This document shows positions 50,563 to 62,500 of a DNA stretch of 64,000 bases, piece after piece. Position 1 is the first letter of the stretch. Every line of letters starts with the position of its first letter. A program made the translations under genes and the position numbers. Below the pieces are notes generated by a model. It worked only from the letters and a program-made list of their open reading frames with translations. It was not told the DNA's origin and made no database searches. This DNA comes from Lytechinus pictus. Lineage: Eukaryota. The stretch covers positions 29,016,001 through 29,080,000 of the forward strand of contig NC_087246.1 of assembly GCF_037042905.1 (NCBI RefSeq), in the 5' to 3' direction.

Positions 50563-51720
50563 TACCACATTAGGGATTTCTTCAAAAAAAGCGACCCACT
50601 CCAGCGGCATATCCCCGTATGCCTTATTTCGTGAGTAACCCCCCCCCCCCCGGGAACAAATCAGCAGAACCAGTTTAAAAAAAACACTTGAAATATGATA
50701 ATTTTATTATTTTCCGGTTTGAATTGAATAAGTGTCCTATGAAATATGAAACAGAGAGTAATTATCATAATTTAATAACAATTAATCAATCTGCTATTTT
50801 AGCTGATGGAAGTTATGTGATAGGCCTACATACATCTGATTCTTGCATAGGTGAGGGAAAACATTTTGAAGAAAGAATATGAAAAAAATAACCTTTTTCT
50901 TTCTTTTATTAAAAAATGAAATAAAAAAGTTCCATACCTCTGTTTTAATTTGATTATCAATTTAAAATAAACCAAAGTCGAAATCAAGATCCCAGAAATA
51001 ACCCCACCCCCCCCCCGAAAAAAAAAAATTTCGAGTACAACAATGATGTTAGCTTTCTGATACTTGCATTCATCAAACAATTGCTATTTCAGTTGCCTAC
51101 CGTTGCAATAGCGTCTTAATACACCGATGATTTTCAACAAAATGAAGTGTCAAGTAAGAAGCCTAGCTGTAAAACGTCCTCGTGTAATACAATCATTCTC
51201 TTAATACCATCAAGGAAATTTTTCCTATTTCTTTGAATGATGTAATTACACCCCTTGGACTGCAAAGTACAAAATAATAGCTTTTCATATTTTTTTAGAA
51301 CAAAATAACCTTTAGTTTACAGTGAACTTTTTCTGCTTGTCAGAATTTCTCGGTAGGCCTACCAAAATGACTTTCATTTATAAGTGAACCCCCCTTTTTT
51401 TTTTTGCTTGTCAAATTAATTTATCGGTTCCAAAATGAGTGAAATGACCTTCATTTTGGAGCCCCCTTGGGCTGCAAAGTAAAAAGTAATGACCTACATT
51501 TTGGAGCCAACCCCTTTTTGTGCTTTTCAAATTTTTCGGGAGCAAAATAACATTGAGTTCATAATGAACTTTTTTTCCTTGTCAGAATTCTCGGTACCAA
51601 AATTACTTTCATTTGGTAGTGAAACCCTCTGTTGCTTGTCAAATTTCTCGGTACCAAAATGTTTTTTTTTTTTTTTTTTTGCTTGTCAATATTTTTGTCA
51701 AACCCCCTCCTTGGAAAAAC

Positions 51721-51883
51721 CAGGGGAGTGTTTCATGAAAGGACATGTCGGACGTTCTATCCGACAAGTCCCATTTTATCCGACAGTTACCATAGTTGCA
51801 GTGCTTGTCAGCCAATCAGAATAAAGGAAAGATGTCAGATCTGACAACTTGTCAGACAAAAATGTTGATGAAACGCTCCCCTG
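51721..51883. mobile_element. Short Harbinger-like MITE
   Basis: CAGGGGAGTGTTTCATGAA...TTGATGAAACGCTCCCCTG. Confidence 0.7.
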
Positions 51884-51887
51884 ATCT

Positions 51888-53828
51888 CAGGGCCGTAGCT
51901 AGAGGGGGGGTATGGGGGGGTGTGACACCCCCCCAACATTCATGGCAGTCGGCAAAATCATGTACCAGTTGGCAAAATGGAGGATAGGGGAGNNNNNNNN
52001 NNNNNNNNNNNNNNNNNNNNNNNNNNNNNNNNNNNNNNNNNNNNNNNNNNNNNNNNNNNNNNNNNNNNNNNNNNNNNNNNNNNNNNNNNNNNNNNNNNNN
52101 NNNNNNNNNNNNNNNNNNNNNNNNNNNNNNNNNNNNNNNNNNNNNNNNNNNNNNNNNNNNNNNNNNNNNNNNNNNNNNNNNNNNNNAAGAAGGTTACGAC
52201 TCATGGAGTAAAGACAACCCATCGGCAAATCCAAGTCCATGTAGCCAGGCTTAGAGCCCTACTAGTCAGCAAAATACAAAGGACAAAACAGATGGAGCTA
52301 TAATAACACACAAAGTAAGCCCCCGGTCCTCCCCTAATATAAACAAGCTTGTGAGTTTGCAAATTATACCACAATTATTGACGATTTAACAAACACATTA
52401 GTTTTGTAAAATTAGAGGCAAGACAAAGTGATGTACAAGTACTGCCCCGTTTCAGAACTGAAAAGAACAAAACTCTGCAGTTGGCAAATTCATGAAGACA
52501 AGTGTACAACTTGTAGACTTGTCTACAAGTTTGCAGTTGGCAAAAAACACAAGTTATTATTGTTTTGTGTAGTGATATGTGCTTTTTTCATGAATATATA
52601 CTTGAAGTGACTGCCCCCTTTTAAGGCCTTAATATAAAACATTTCCAGTCTGTGTTTACGTTTGCATTGGTGTGGACCGATATAGGTACCGGGCTGGTGT
52701 TAAATCAACACCGGCGTGTTTTTTTTTGCAGTGCACAAATTCCTAAAGACAGTCCTTAAAATGTCCCTTTTTCTGATCTAATTATAACAAATTTTCAGCT
52801 CGCGCTTCGCGCTCGCATCACTTGATTAGCGAAATAGTAAATTCCTACAAACAAGCCATAGAATGCCCCTCTTCAGGTCTAAATTTCAAAAATTGTCAAC
52901 TCGCGCTTCTGGGCCGCAATATTTCATTAGTGAAATACGTATCATGTTCATGATTGTTCATGATTACAATGACCACAAAAAGTGCTTCATGTGCTTAGTT
53001 GTAATTATAACAAAATTAGCAAGCGCTTGGCGCTCGCATTAGATGACTATGATGAGATACGTACGCACTTCATGAATTCCAAAAGATAGTCCTTAAAATG
53101 TCCCTTTTTAGGGTCAAGTTATACAAAAAAATTCCGCTCGCGCTTCGCGCTCGCATTGTTTGTTTTGTGAGACAGGTACATATCATGATTACAAAACTTT
53201 GCTTATAATGTCCCTTTTTAGGACTGAATATCAAACATTTTCAGCTCGCGCTTCGCGCTCGCATTATTTGATCACTAAGATACATATCCGTTTAATTGCA
53301 TAGTCCTTAAAGTGTCTCTATTAGGTCAGTATACCTGGCAATTGAGCGCGCTTCGCGCGCCCACTTAATGACTCAAACTTTTTGCTGCCCCCCCCCCCCA
53401 ATGCCGCGACCCACGGTACGCCACTGTTAGCAGTAGCACTCTTGAAATTTTAGTTGAGTGTCTTGCAAAGAAGGTCAATTAAAAATTAAAAAATCTTTGA
53501 TTTTTATATTATTAATGCATAGGGTATATAATTATACTGCAAGTTAGCAACTACGGCACACTAGCCTTTCTATTTTGATCCAAAATGTTTATTTTTACAG
53601 TGCAAATATCTTTGTATATCTTTGTATAATTTACCTTAAAGTATTCACCAAATGCCACTAATTTAATTCTAAAAATTCAAAATCTTTTGGCATGTAATTA
53701 TTGTAGGGGGGGGGGGCACATCCCCCATCAGACTACCCCTATGCTCACGTTGGTGCGATCACGCCAAATTTAGTTGGCAAATTTAGCTGGTACACCCCCC
53801 CAACAAAATGCTTCTGGCTACGGCCCTG
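51888..53828. mobile_element. hAT-like non-autonomous element containing gap 51993-52186 and a nested repeat with GCTCGCGCTTCGCGCTCGC units
   Basis: CAGGGCCGTAGCTAGA...TCTGGCTACGGCCCTG; exact 8-bp TSD CCTGATCT (51880-51887, 53829-53836). Confidence 0.85.
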
Positions 53829-54807
53829 CCTGATCTGCCCCTGATCATGTCCATGATTTTAATAAAGTGCTAAATATATATATCAACAAATTTCAGCTGC
53901 CTTGCATCAGGGAGATACGTATATCCTCTTCATGAATATCTATCAGTTTACAAACAGTTCTTGAAATGCATTTTACAGGCCCGGTATTTTCAGCTCACGT
54001 TTTGCATTCACTGTCGGGTCAGTTTATCCAAAATTTCAGCTTACACATCGCGCTATATTGTTTATCAAGAAACATTGGTTTTTTTTAATAAAAAAGTGCT
54101 AAAACGGTTTTCAGATCGGAATTACCACAAATTTTCAGCTTGCCATTCGTGCTCCGGGCATAATTTTTTAGGTATGATACTCATCGTATTCATAATTAAA
54201 ATTACTGCAAAGGACACTATTGGCAAAAACGTCCCTTTTTAGGTCTAAATCGAAAAAATACAGCTCGCGCTTTGCGCTGGGAGTTATTGTTTATTGCATT
54301 GAGATTTACATATTTTTTTTATAAAGAAAAGCTGAGTAGACGTGCTTTAACTGTCCGAGTTTTTTTTTCATGTCGGTATATTAACATTTTCAGCTCGGAC
54401 TTATGAGTTCTAGCCTCTTCAGCTGTGATTCATCCGGTGGGATCCACTGACGTACAGATGGGGGGGGGGGGGGCTTATATGGACCCCACAAAAAATCACG
54501 ACTAAGGCAAGTAAGAAGAAAAAAGTAAAAAAGGGTGAACTTTTTTTCAATACTATGTCAAGATTTGGCAGTAGATTTTTGTTATCAAAAGGTAAAAAAA
54601 ATTGATCGCTGCTTCACTTGCTTACAACTTTTTAGCAATTTCGCCCACTGTAACAATATCTAGCCCCAATATCTTTGTTGTTGCTCATTACCTACTGATT
54701 TGACCCAACATATCCTTAGTGGATGCTTACACATGCAGAAAAAAAAACTAATACAGTGAAACAAACTGAGGAACATGAAGAAAACTATTTAGTGCGTAAT
54801 TGAACAA

Positions 54808-54970
54808 TATTCATTCATACATGCATGCGTTAATTGATTGATTCATTCATTCATTCATTCATTCATTCATTCATTCAATCAATCAATCAATCATTCATTC
54901 ATTCATCCACCCATCCCATCCATGATCCATCCATCCATTCGTTCGTTCGTTCATTCAATCATTCATTCAT
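54808..54970. repeat. Compound tetranucleotide microsatellite (ATTC/AATC/ATCC/GTTC)
   Basis: Read directly from the sequence. Confidence 0.9.
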
Positions 54971-55104
54971 GCATTTGTCGCTTATAGGTTCAATGCACTC
55001 GACTAAGTCAAGGCACCGACAATCCCTACGATATGAGTTCTATATCTTGTAGAACATTCACTGTTATTTTTTAAGAATATTGTTACATGTATTATACATA
55101 TATA

Positions 55105-55155
55105 CAGTGGCGTACCTAGGATTTTCCACAGGGGGGGCAAAATCGGCCGCCAAAA

Positions 55156-55186
<31 letters not shown>

Positions 55187-55231
55187 TCTTCAATTAAAAA
55201 AATATAGGTTTAACCAGAAAATAAATTGACA

Positions 55232-55272
<41 letters not shown>

Positions 55273-55433
55273 TCTTCAAGCTCATCAGGGGGGCAGTAAA
55301 GGTCTTCAAGCTCGTCAGGGGGGGCAAAAAAGGTCTTTTAAGCTTGTCAGGGGGGCAGGTATATGTCTTTTGTATGGGTTGTTGCTCGTCAGGGGGGGCA
55401 GAGTGCCCCCCCCCCCCCGTAGGTACGCTAGTG
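55105..55433. mobile_element. hAT-like MITE
   Basis: CAGTGGCGTACCTA...TAGGTACGCTAGTG; exact 8-bp TSD CATATATA; internal GCTCGTCAGGGGGG repeats. Confidence 0.85.
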
Positions 55434-55499
55434 CATATATATGATCATGGAAATTGGCGTATTGATGTATTTTTGATCGTGAATAATGTCAACCCAACC

Positions 55500-55746
55500 A
55501 CAGAACTTTTCTAGTCTAGCGCCATCTCTAGTCTGCATCTTGGTTTTATTTGGTCATGTGACTGTTCACAGCGGCGTTTTTAATTTTTTTCAAACGTAAA
55601 CCAGTTACAGACTCCGATCCCACGCATTCATTTCGCCGTCTGTGACTGTGTCAGCATTGCTTGTCTTGTTAAAAACCGAGACTGGAAGACTTGAGACTTT
55701 CTTCTTGCATATCTGGGTCCTTGTGTAAACATAAATAGAGGTTCGG
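55500..55746 (+). promoter_or_regulatory. Candidate promoter and non-coding first exon of the gene whose CDS starts at 59550
   Basis: CpG-containing unique sequence with GTCATGTGAC (E-box-like), TTCAAA (reverse CHR-like) and donor CGG|GTATGT at 55747. The link to the downstream gene is inferred. Confidence 0.4.
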
Positions 55747-56029
55747 GTATGTACCGTACGTCAATTTCAGTGATTTTTAATACTCATGAGTCATGTCAAA
55801 AAGTTAAAATAAGCTAGGGCCTAGGCCCTAGGGCTAGGCCTATAAATTATTAATGAATGATGATGATGGCCGATGGGGGGGGGGGGGGCATGTCTGAGAC
55901 TGAGTCTGAGTGAGAGTGTACACTAAGTACTGTACTCTGTAGTGTGACTGTGAGACTGCACAACTTTTCTTCTTTATTTAAAGACTTAACGTTAGACTAG
56001 CCAGGAGACTCCTGACTCAAGGCCACCGC

Positions 56030-56476
56030 CAGTAGAGGCGCACGGCCAATATAGGAGACTGTCTCCAATGTGGGAGATTATCTCCAATATCAGAGACTTT
56101 TGTAAAGAATCTGGGTATCCAATTTCAGAGACAGTCTCCAGTTTTGGAGTCCAATTTCCTTTGTTTACATTTGCTGCAAAAGGATTAACTTGGCGGCAAA
56201 TAAAAATGTGATAAGCAGATTCCTCATGAAAAATTACCCCTTTTCACCGTCTACTTTAAAAATTCACCGTCTACTTTTGTTTTGATAAGGATTTTTGTTG
56301 TCAATCACACACAAAACAAATGGGCTTCTGACCTCAGTGAGACAAAATTTTGGGTGGAAAAAATCATGCTTTTGTTGGTGTTGTTTCTTTTGTCCTTTTG
56401 CAAAGCAAGTCTCCAATGTGGGAGATTGTCTCCCTTATTGGAGAGAGTCTCCCATATTGGCCGTGCACCTCTACTG
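56030..56476. mobile_element. MITE with CAG..CTG ends and a 5-bp TSD
   Basis: CAGTAGAGGCGCACGGCCAATAT...ATATTGGCCGTGCACCTCTACTG; ACCGC on both sides; subterminal GGAGA/TCTCC repeats. Confidence 0.8.
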
Positions 56477-57255
56477 ACCGCACACCTTACTGTTCGCGAT
56501 CTGATTTTGGAACAAATCGCATTTTGCTCATTTTCTGAAAAAGTGAATGGAACATATCATTTTATTTGAGCCTGAGGCTCAGCCTAGGCTGAGGTTAAAA
56601 TTAATTGAAAGAATACTAATATAACCATTTTGAAAGATTACAAGCCTTTATTCTAGAGTAAAGGCAAAATTAGTTTAAAATCGTAGGCAATCGTGCGACT
56701 GCTATGACGTCATTACGATACGACTACTCGGACTAGATATTATTATTAAATTTGCTTTTAATTTTATTCTAAGAAGGGTGATAAAGAGATAGCATAGTCA
56801 CAGATTTGAATGTAGCCTTGTAGGTATTCGTACGATGATTTAGAACATTACACAGTAGGATATTCCAAGTCTCAATATTAGCATCAAATTCTATACATTT
56901 TATTCTGAAATCGGGTCGGAGACCAATCGTAAGGTGTGCGGTCGCCTTAAGAGTTAAGGCAGCTAACCCAGGGTCAGGAGCTCCGGCCCGCTTCTACTCA
57001 TACTCACGGGACTAGGGTAGATTGTGGTCACAATAATTTGGAAAGAAAAATGTGAAAACGGAAATTATGCACTTACCACGATTATAATTTATATGAAAAG
57101 ACGAGAAGAACTTGCCACCGTGTTTACGTCGCCATCTTGATTCTTGATTTTATTGTCTTTTGCTTGGCAACAGCACGCAAATCGCGCGGTTTAGTGTAAC
57201 ATCTGGGTGTATGCATGTACCCTGTATCCACATTACATAATACACAGTGCATTAA

Positions 57256-57851
57256 AGGACAAGTCCACCCCAACAAAAAGTTGATTCAAATAAAAAGAGA
57301 AAAATCCATCAAGCGTAACACTGAAAATTTCATCAAAATCGGATGTAAAATAAGAAAGTAATGACATTTTAAAGTTTCGCTTAATTTCACAAAACATTTA
57401 TATGCACATCCTGGTCGGTATGCAAATGAGGAGACTGATGACGTCATCCACTCACTATTTCTTTTGTATTTTATTATATGAAATATTCTAATTTTCTCCC
57501 CATTGTCAAGTGAAACATTGATTAATTCCTCCCTGAACATGTGGAACTAGCATTGTTTAATACTATATGGTTCAGTCAACTTGGTCCTTATTGTCAAATC
57601 TGTAAAAAATGAAATATTGTATAATTCAAACAATATAAAACAAAAGAAATAGTGAGTGATGGACATCATTGACTGACCCATTTGCATGTCACTGAGTTGT
57701 GCATATCACTGTTTTGTGAAAAATAAGCGAAACTTCAAAATGCCATAACTTTTTTATTTTACATCCGATTTTGATGAAATTTTCAGCGTTATTTTTGTTT
57801 GATTTTTCTCTTTTTATTCAAATCAAATTTTTGTTGGGGTGGACTTGTCCT
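57256..57851. mobile_element. Kolobok-type MITE
   Basis: TTAA|AGGACAAGTCCACCCCAACAAAA...TTTTGTTGGGGTGGACTTGTCCT|TTAA; long inverted arms share AAATTTCATCAAAATCGG with 1474-2057. Confidence 0.9.
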
Positions 57852-58184
57852 TTAATGAGTATGTTAGATTCATAGACAGGTCTGTGTATCAATGTGTGTA
57901 AAAGAGAACATGACTGCACAGAGAATCAATGAAGCATCTAAACCAGGTCAACTCCATGTCTAACAAAGAAGTGAAATTTACAAAGACTGAGCAGATGAAA
58001 TGAATTGCATCTAACATTCCAACTTGTTTATAGAAAGTTCTCTGACCTATAGAATACTAAACTGCATCTAAACTGTACATGTAAATACAAAGTTCTCTGA
58101 CCTATGAAAATAAGGCTCTACACCATGAATACTGAGCATGTTATCCGGGCTACACAAGATTCAGGGATTTTGAAGAGAAAGGCT

Positions 58185-58532
58185 GGTCTACTTTCATTTA
58201 GTCTAATGCCATTCTGTCCATTAACATTTCGTCTAACAACCATTTGGTCCATTAACCATTTGGTCCAATCATCACTTCGTCTAATCACAATTTCGTCTCA
58301 TAACCAGTTGGTGTAATATCCATTTCATTTTCATTCATTTTGCACAATTTAACACTTAGTCCAATTAGACCAAATAATATAAGGACAAAATGGCCATTGG
58401 ACCAACTGGTTATTAGACGGATGGCATTAGACTAAATGAAAGTGGGCCATGTGATGAGTGGACGAACTGATGGTAGACCAGATGATAGTAGACGAGTTGG
58501 CAATTGGACGAATTGGCATTAGACGAATTGGA
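58185..58532. repeat. Inverted-repeat element built of short GTCTA/GTCCA and TAGAC/TGGAC motif arrays
   Basis: CTACTTTCATTTAGTCTAATGCCAT in the left half is mirrored by ATGGCATTAGACTAAATGAAAGTGG in the right half. Confidence 0.55.
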
Positions 58533-59549
58533 ATCCTTGAGAAATGCTTGAACTGAACTTTGTCCCCAATCATGCCGATATATTTATTTTTAAACATATC
58601 TTCATGTTTGTCAATTAGATTCTATTCCTAGGTCTATATACAGGAAAGGAAAGTGTTGAACTTAGGGTAATTAGAGAGAGAAAGAGAGAGATTGAAAGAG
58701 ACAGAGGGAGACAATACAATAACATACATTGAAATTGTTAGTATATTTTTAAAAATTTTCTTTTAAAGTGACTCACAGGCCCCAGTTTTACTTGACCCCC
58801 ATCATGATAAAACGCCCTCTTAGAATGTTGGCTAGTGCTATAATTATGACCAATTTCTGGGGACATGTGGATCTCTTTCAGAATATTGGCCCTATTGCAA
58901 ATATTATTTAAAAAGTATTTAAATTTACTAATTGAAATTATCACTGATCTAAATAATTTATACCTGTTTTTCAAAAGATTTGGCCAGAGTTGAAATACTG
59001 GTGGTAAATAGAACGATCTACTGCCTTGGCAATTTTTTTAGAATAATGGGAAATGGGTGGAAATGCTGGGAAGGCCCCCTTGGTAGACCAGCAGCACCGT
59101 GATTGATGCTGCTGGGTAGGGCCTTCCGTTTTCATTTGTCAAAAATTCATATACTATTTGTTAACAGAAATTCAATTCAATTCAAATACTACAAAATATA
59201 CTTCTTGAATATTTCCAGGTATTGCCCAGGAAATCCAGGAAGGTGGCAGAGCTGCCCTGAGTTAATATTTTTTTTGAGCATGCTAAGAGAAAAGTTATGA
59301 AAATGCAACAATAAAATAGATGGCATTCCCCAGAAATATTGATTTCTGAAAGGTGACATATGAGATATTAAGACTGTATTTCACGAATACCGCCCCCGGG
59401 TTTTCCCCATGGATGTCATACATGTATAGAGATGCTCCATGATTTAGACCTACTTTGGTTATACAAATAAATAACATTTAATTCTGTTTGTATTTTTCTC
59501 ACAGTAGCAGAAAGAGATGACAAGCTGAGAATAAATACGAAACAAAATC

Positions 59550-62500
59550 ATGTATCAGAGGACACCATTCCGTTCTCAGAGGTTGACAGAACCTCTGAGA
59601 GACAAAGAAAACGTCAAATCTACTGGTTTAGCAGCAATGGTGAGTAAAAAAGACCACTGTAAAATAAGAACAGGATAATTCAACTCCTGACTGTAACACA
59701 ATTGGTGTTACCTTTCGAGGACTTGATTTGTCTGGTCTGCGGTTTTGTATCCAAGCACTTTAACTTTGTCACCAGTCTCTGTGACAACTTCCCTTCGATT
59801 TTGTAGGAATTTTGCTTTGCTTCGATTTGTATAGTGTTAAGTCAAAACAGTATGTAGTGTTGTGGTATTATCAATCAATTTTCTATTGACAAAATATTAA
59901 TGCTTGAATTGTTAAAGAGTCACTCATGTCAATCTGTAGGCCTACATATAGCCAACTCAACTTCAAATGCAAACAGTCAAAGTCGATGGACGATTTCAAG
60001 TATTAAAATCCAATATTTTTTAAATCTGCTTGAAATTTGCAGGGATCCAAGAGTATGCCCTAATGACCAAATAAATATGTATATTTAGCAATTTTCATTT
60101 AAGAATGGAAAATTGTCCTGATTTTCTTTGGTTTCAAGATGTTCATGTATGGAGTCATTTGGATGTTGGGAGTAATGAGTTGTAGTTTTTGATGCTTCGA
60201 GGGATATACAATGTAAGATTGTTTGAATCAGACGAGTTTTTGATATTGAGTCCAATTGATTAGACTTACACTGAGTTCTATGTGCTTTTAGATCATGCTA
60301 GCTTCAAACTATGTAAGAGAAAAAATATCTATTTTATGTTGGTGTTATGATTGAATGTGATGATAAACCTTCTACTCTTACGACCTTCATTTCTCTCATT
60401 CCATTCCAATTTCCATAGGTACCTGGAAGGGCCAGAACCCCCATGAAAGCATTTGACTCTCCTCACACACCCCTCACTCCGTTGAGGCAGCCTCTAGCTC
60501 TGGTGAATGGGCCAGGGTCGGGTTTGAAAGGCCAGCAACCTAGGAAGCAGAGCCTCAAGCCTTCGTTACCCCGTATCGAGGCCCTTCGGAATGAGGGTGG
60601 GATAGGGAAGCTAGATGGGGGCTCTGCCACGAAAGGGACTAAAACTCCAAAGAGACCTAAACGACAGAAGTGAGTGGCCAGTTTGCTTGTTATTTGAATT
60701 TTAAAACCCAAAATAATTTGGTGTTTTTAGCTTGGTTAATTTATTGTTGCCAATATTGCAATCCCATTGTTGCAACAATTTTCATTTGCAGAGGTTTTAT
60801 GTACACACACTGCATATTTTTTTTTTTATTATATGGTTAAATGCACAGATGAAATAAAAAACATTTTACTTGATTCTTTGTTAGTACATTTAATGAGAGC
60901 ATCTCAAATGCGATCTCAAATTTGAGGATGTACTTTCCATTAGATTGTGGATGCTATTTAAAAAAAAACTGATACAAGCCTTACATTGAAGACAAGTAGT
61001 GTCTATGTCTAGGGTTTGCAGTCAAAATCACTGATTCATCTGTTTATTCAATATTGACTGCAGTCCTCTAGGTCAGAAAGGAATGGCTCTAGAGAGCCTT
61101 ATGTATATAAGCCAAGTGGTCAGATATTTGTCACAATAAGTCTTTGTGATAAGGTTACCACCATACTGGCATTTTTCCAGTATTCATGGTCTTTGTGTGT
61201 TGCATTCTGCTGCACTGGACCAGCCACGCCGACGGCCCTTTGAGTGTTTCAACTTGGGTGTTTGGGATGCCACAATTATTTTTCACCTTTTTAATTTTAA
61301 ATTATTAATGACTTCCATTTCATCTATTAAGCTCAGGTATTTGTTATTTATTTATATGGTGCATGTTTCATCTTGTCTGAAGCAAATTTTGGCAAAATGA
61401 ATTGATCTCTTTAAACATTGAGCGTCATTTGTTTCTTTCAGGTCCAAGAGCTGTGCTTCTACACCCAGCCTTGCCAGTGTCACTAAACCTAAACCGGATG
61501 ACAGTGTTGTAGATTCTATTACATCTCATCTCTTTGATCAGATTCTTCAATCTGAACTGGGTCTGGTCAAAAGTAAAACCACGTTACTTCAGGTAAGTCA
61601 TTGACCTCTTGAGGGGCGGGGCTCCACAATACATTTGATCAGATTTTTCAATGTGAACTGGGTTTTGGTTTGAACAACGTTCTGCTAAGTGAGTGACCTG
61701 TTGAGGGGCAGGGAACTACAGTGTGATCGGAATGTTCAATCTGAACGGGTCTGCTTAGAAATAACACCACCCTACTAAGTGAGTGACCGGGGGGGGGGGG
61801 GTTACATGAGTTTGATTTATTCAATAACTATTGGATTCTGTATTGATCACAAAATAGGACTCATGATTTTTTTTTTACCTAAGAAGCTAATATCAGGGTT
61901 ATAACCATAGATTTTTTACAATTCAGATTGTATCTGCTGTTATCAAGGATTTTATTGATTTCTGAAGAGCATTTTGTAAATTGATTTACCAGTGGGTTTT
62001 AATCCCAATTCATGTTTCATGCACCATCATCTTGGATGGTATACAACTTTCTAATGTTTTTACTTCCCATTTTCCTTTTTTTCATAACTATTAGTCTTAG
62101 CAGAAAGAAGTGGTTTGTGAAAATTGAAAATTATTATGAAGTATAGTTAGTATCTTACCATATAGTATTAAAGCAGATTATAATCAAATACCCAAATAAA
62201 GAATATTGTGCAGCCCTATTCTAGAGTGTGTGTTATTTTATGTCATTTGTTTGCTGATTGATTCCAATCAAGATGGCACATTATCTGTACCAATTCATTA
62301 AACGTTTTAATCCTCCATATTTGATTGTTGATTTCACACTATTTGTAAATCACGGTTAACCAGTACGCCTCTGTGAACATGACTTTGGTTGTTCAACAGT
62401 CATCTGCTGTACACTACATACATGAGAGGTTTTTAGTATTGTCCTCTTTTAAAGAATGAAATGAAACTGAAAAGCTTTTTCCTTTTTTTTCAACAGCCAA

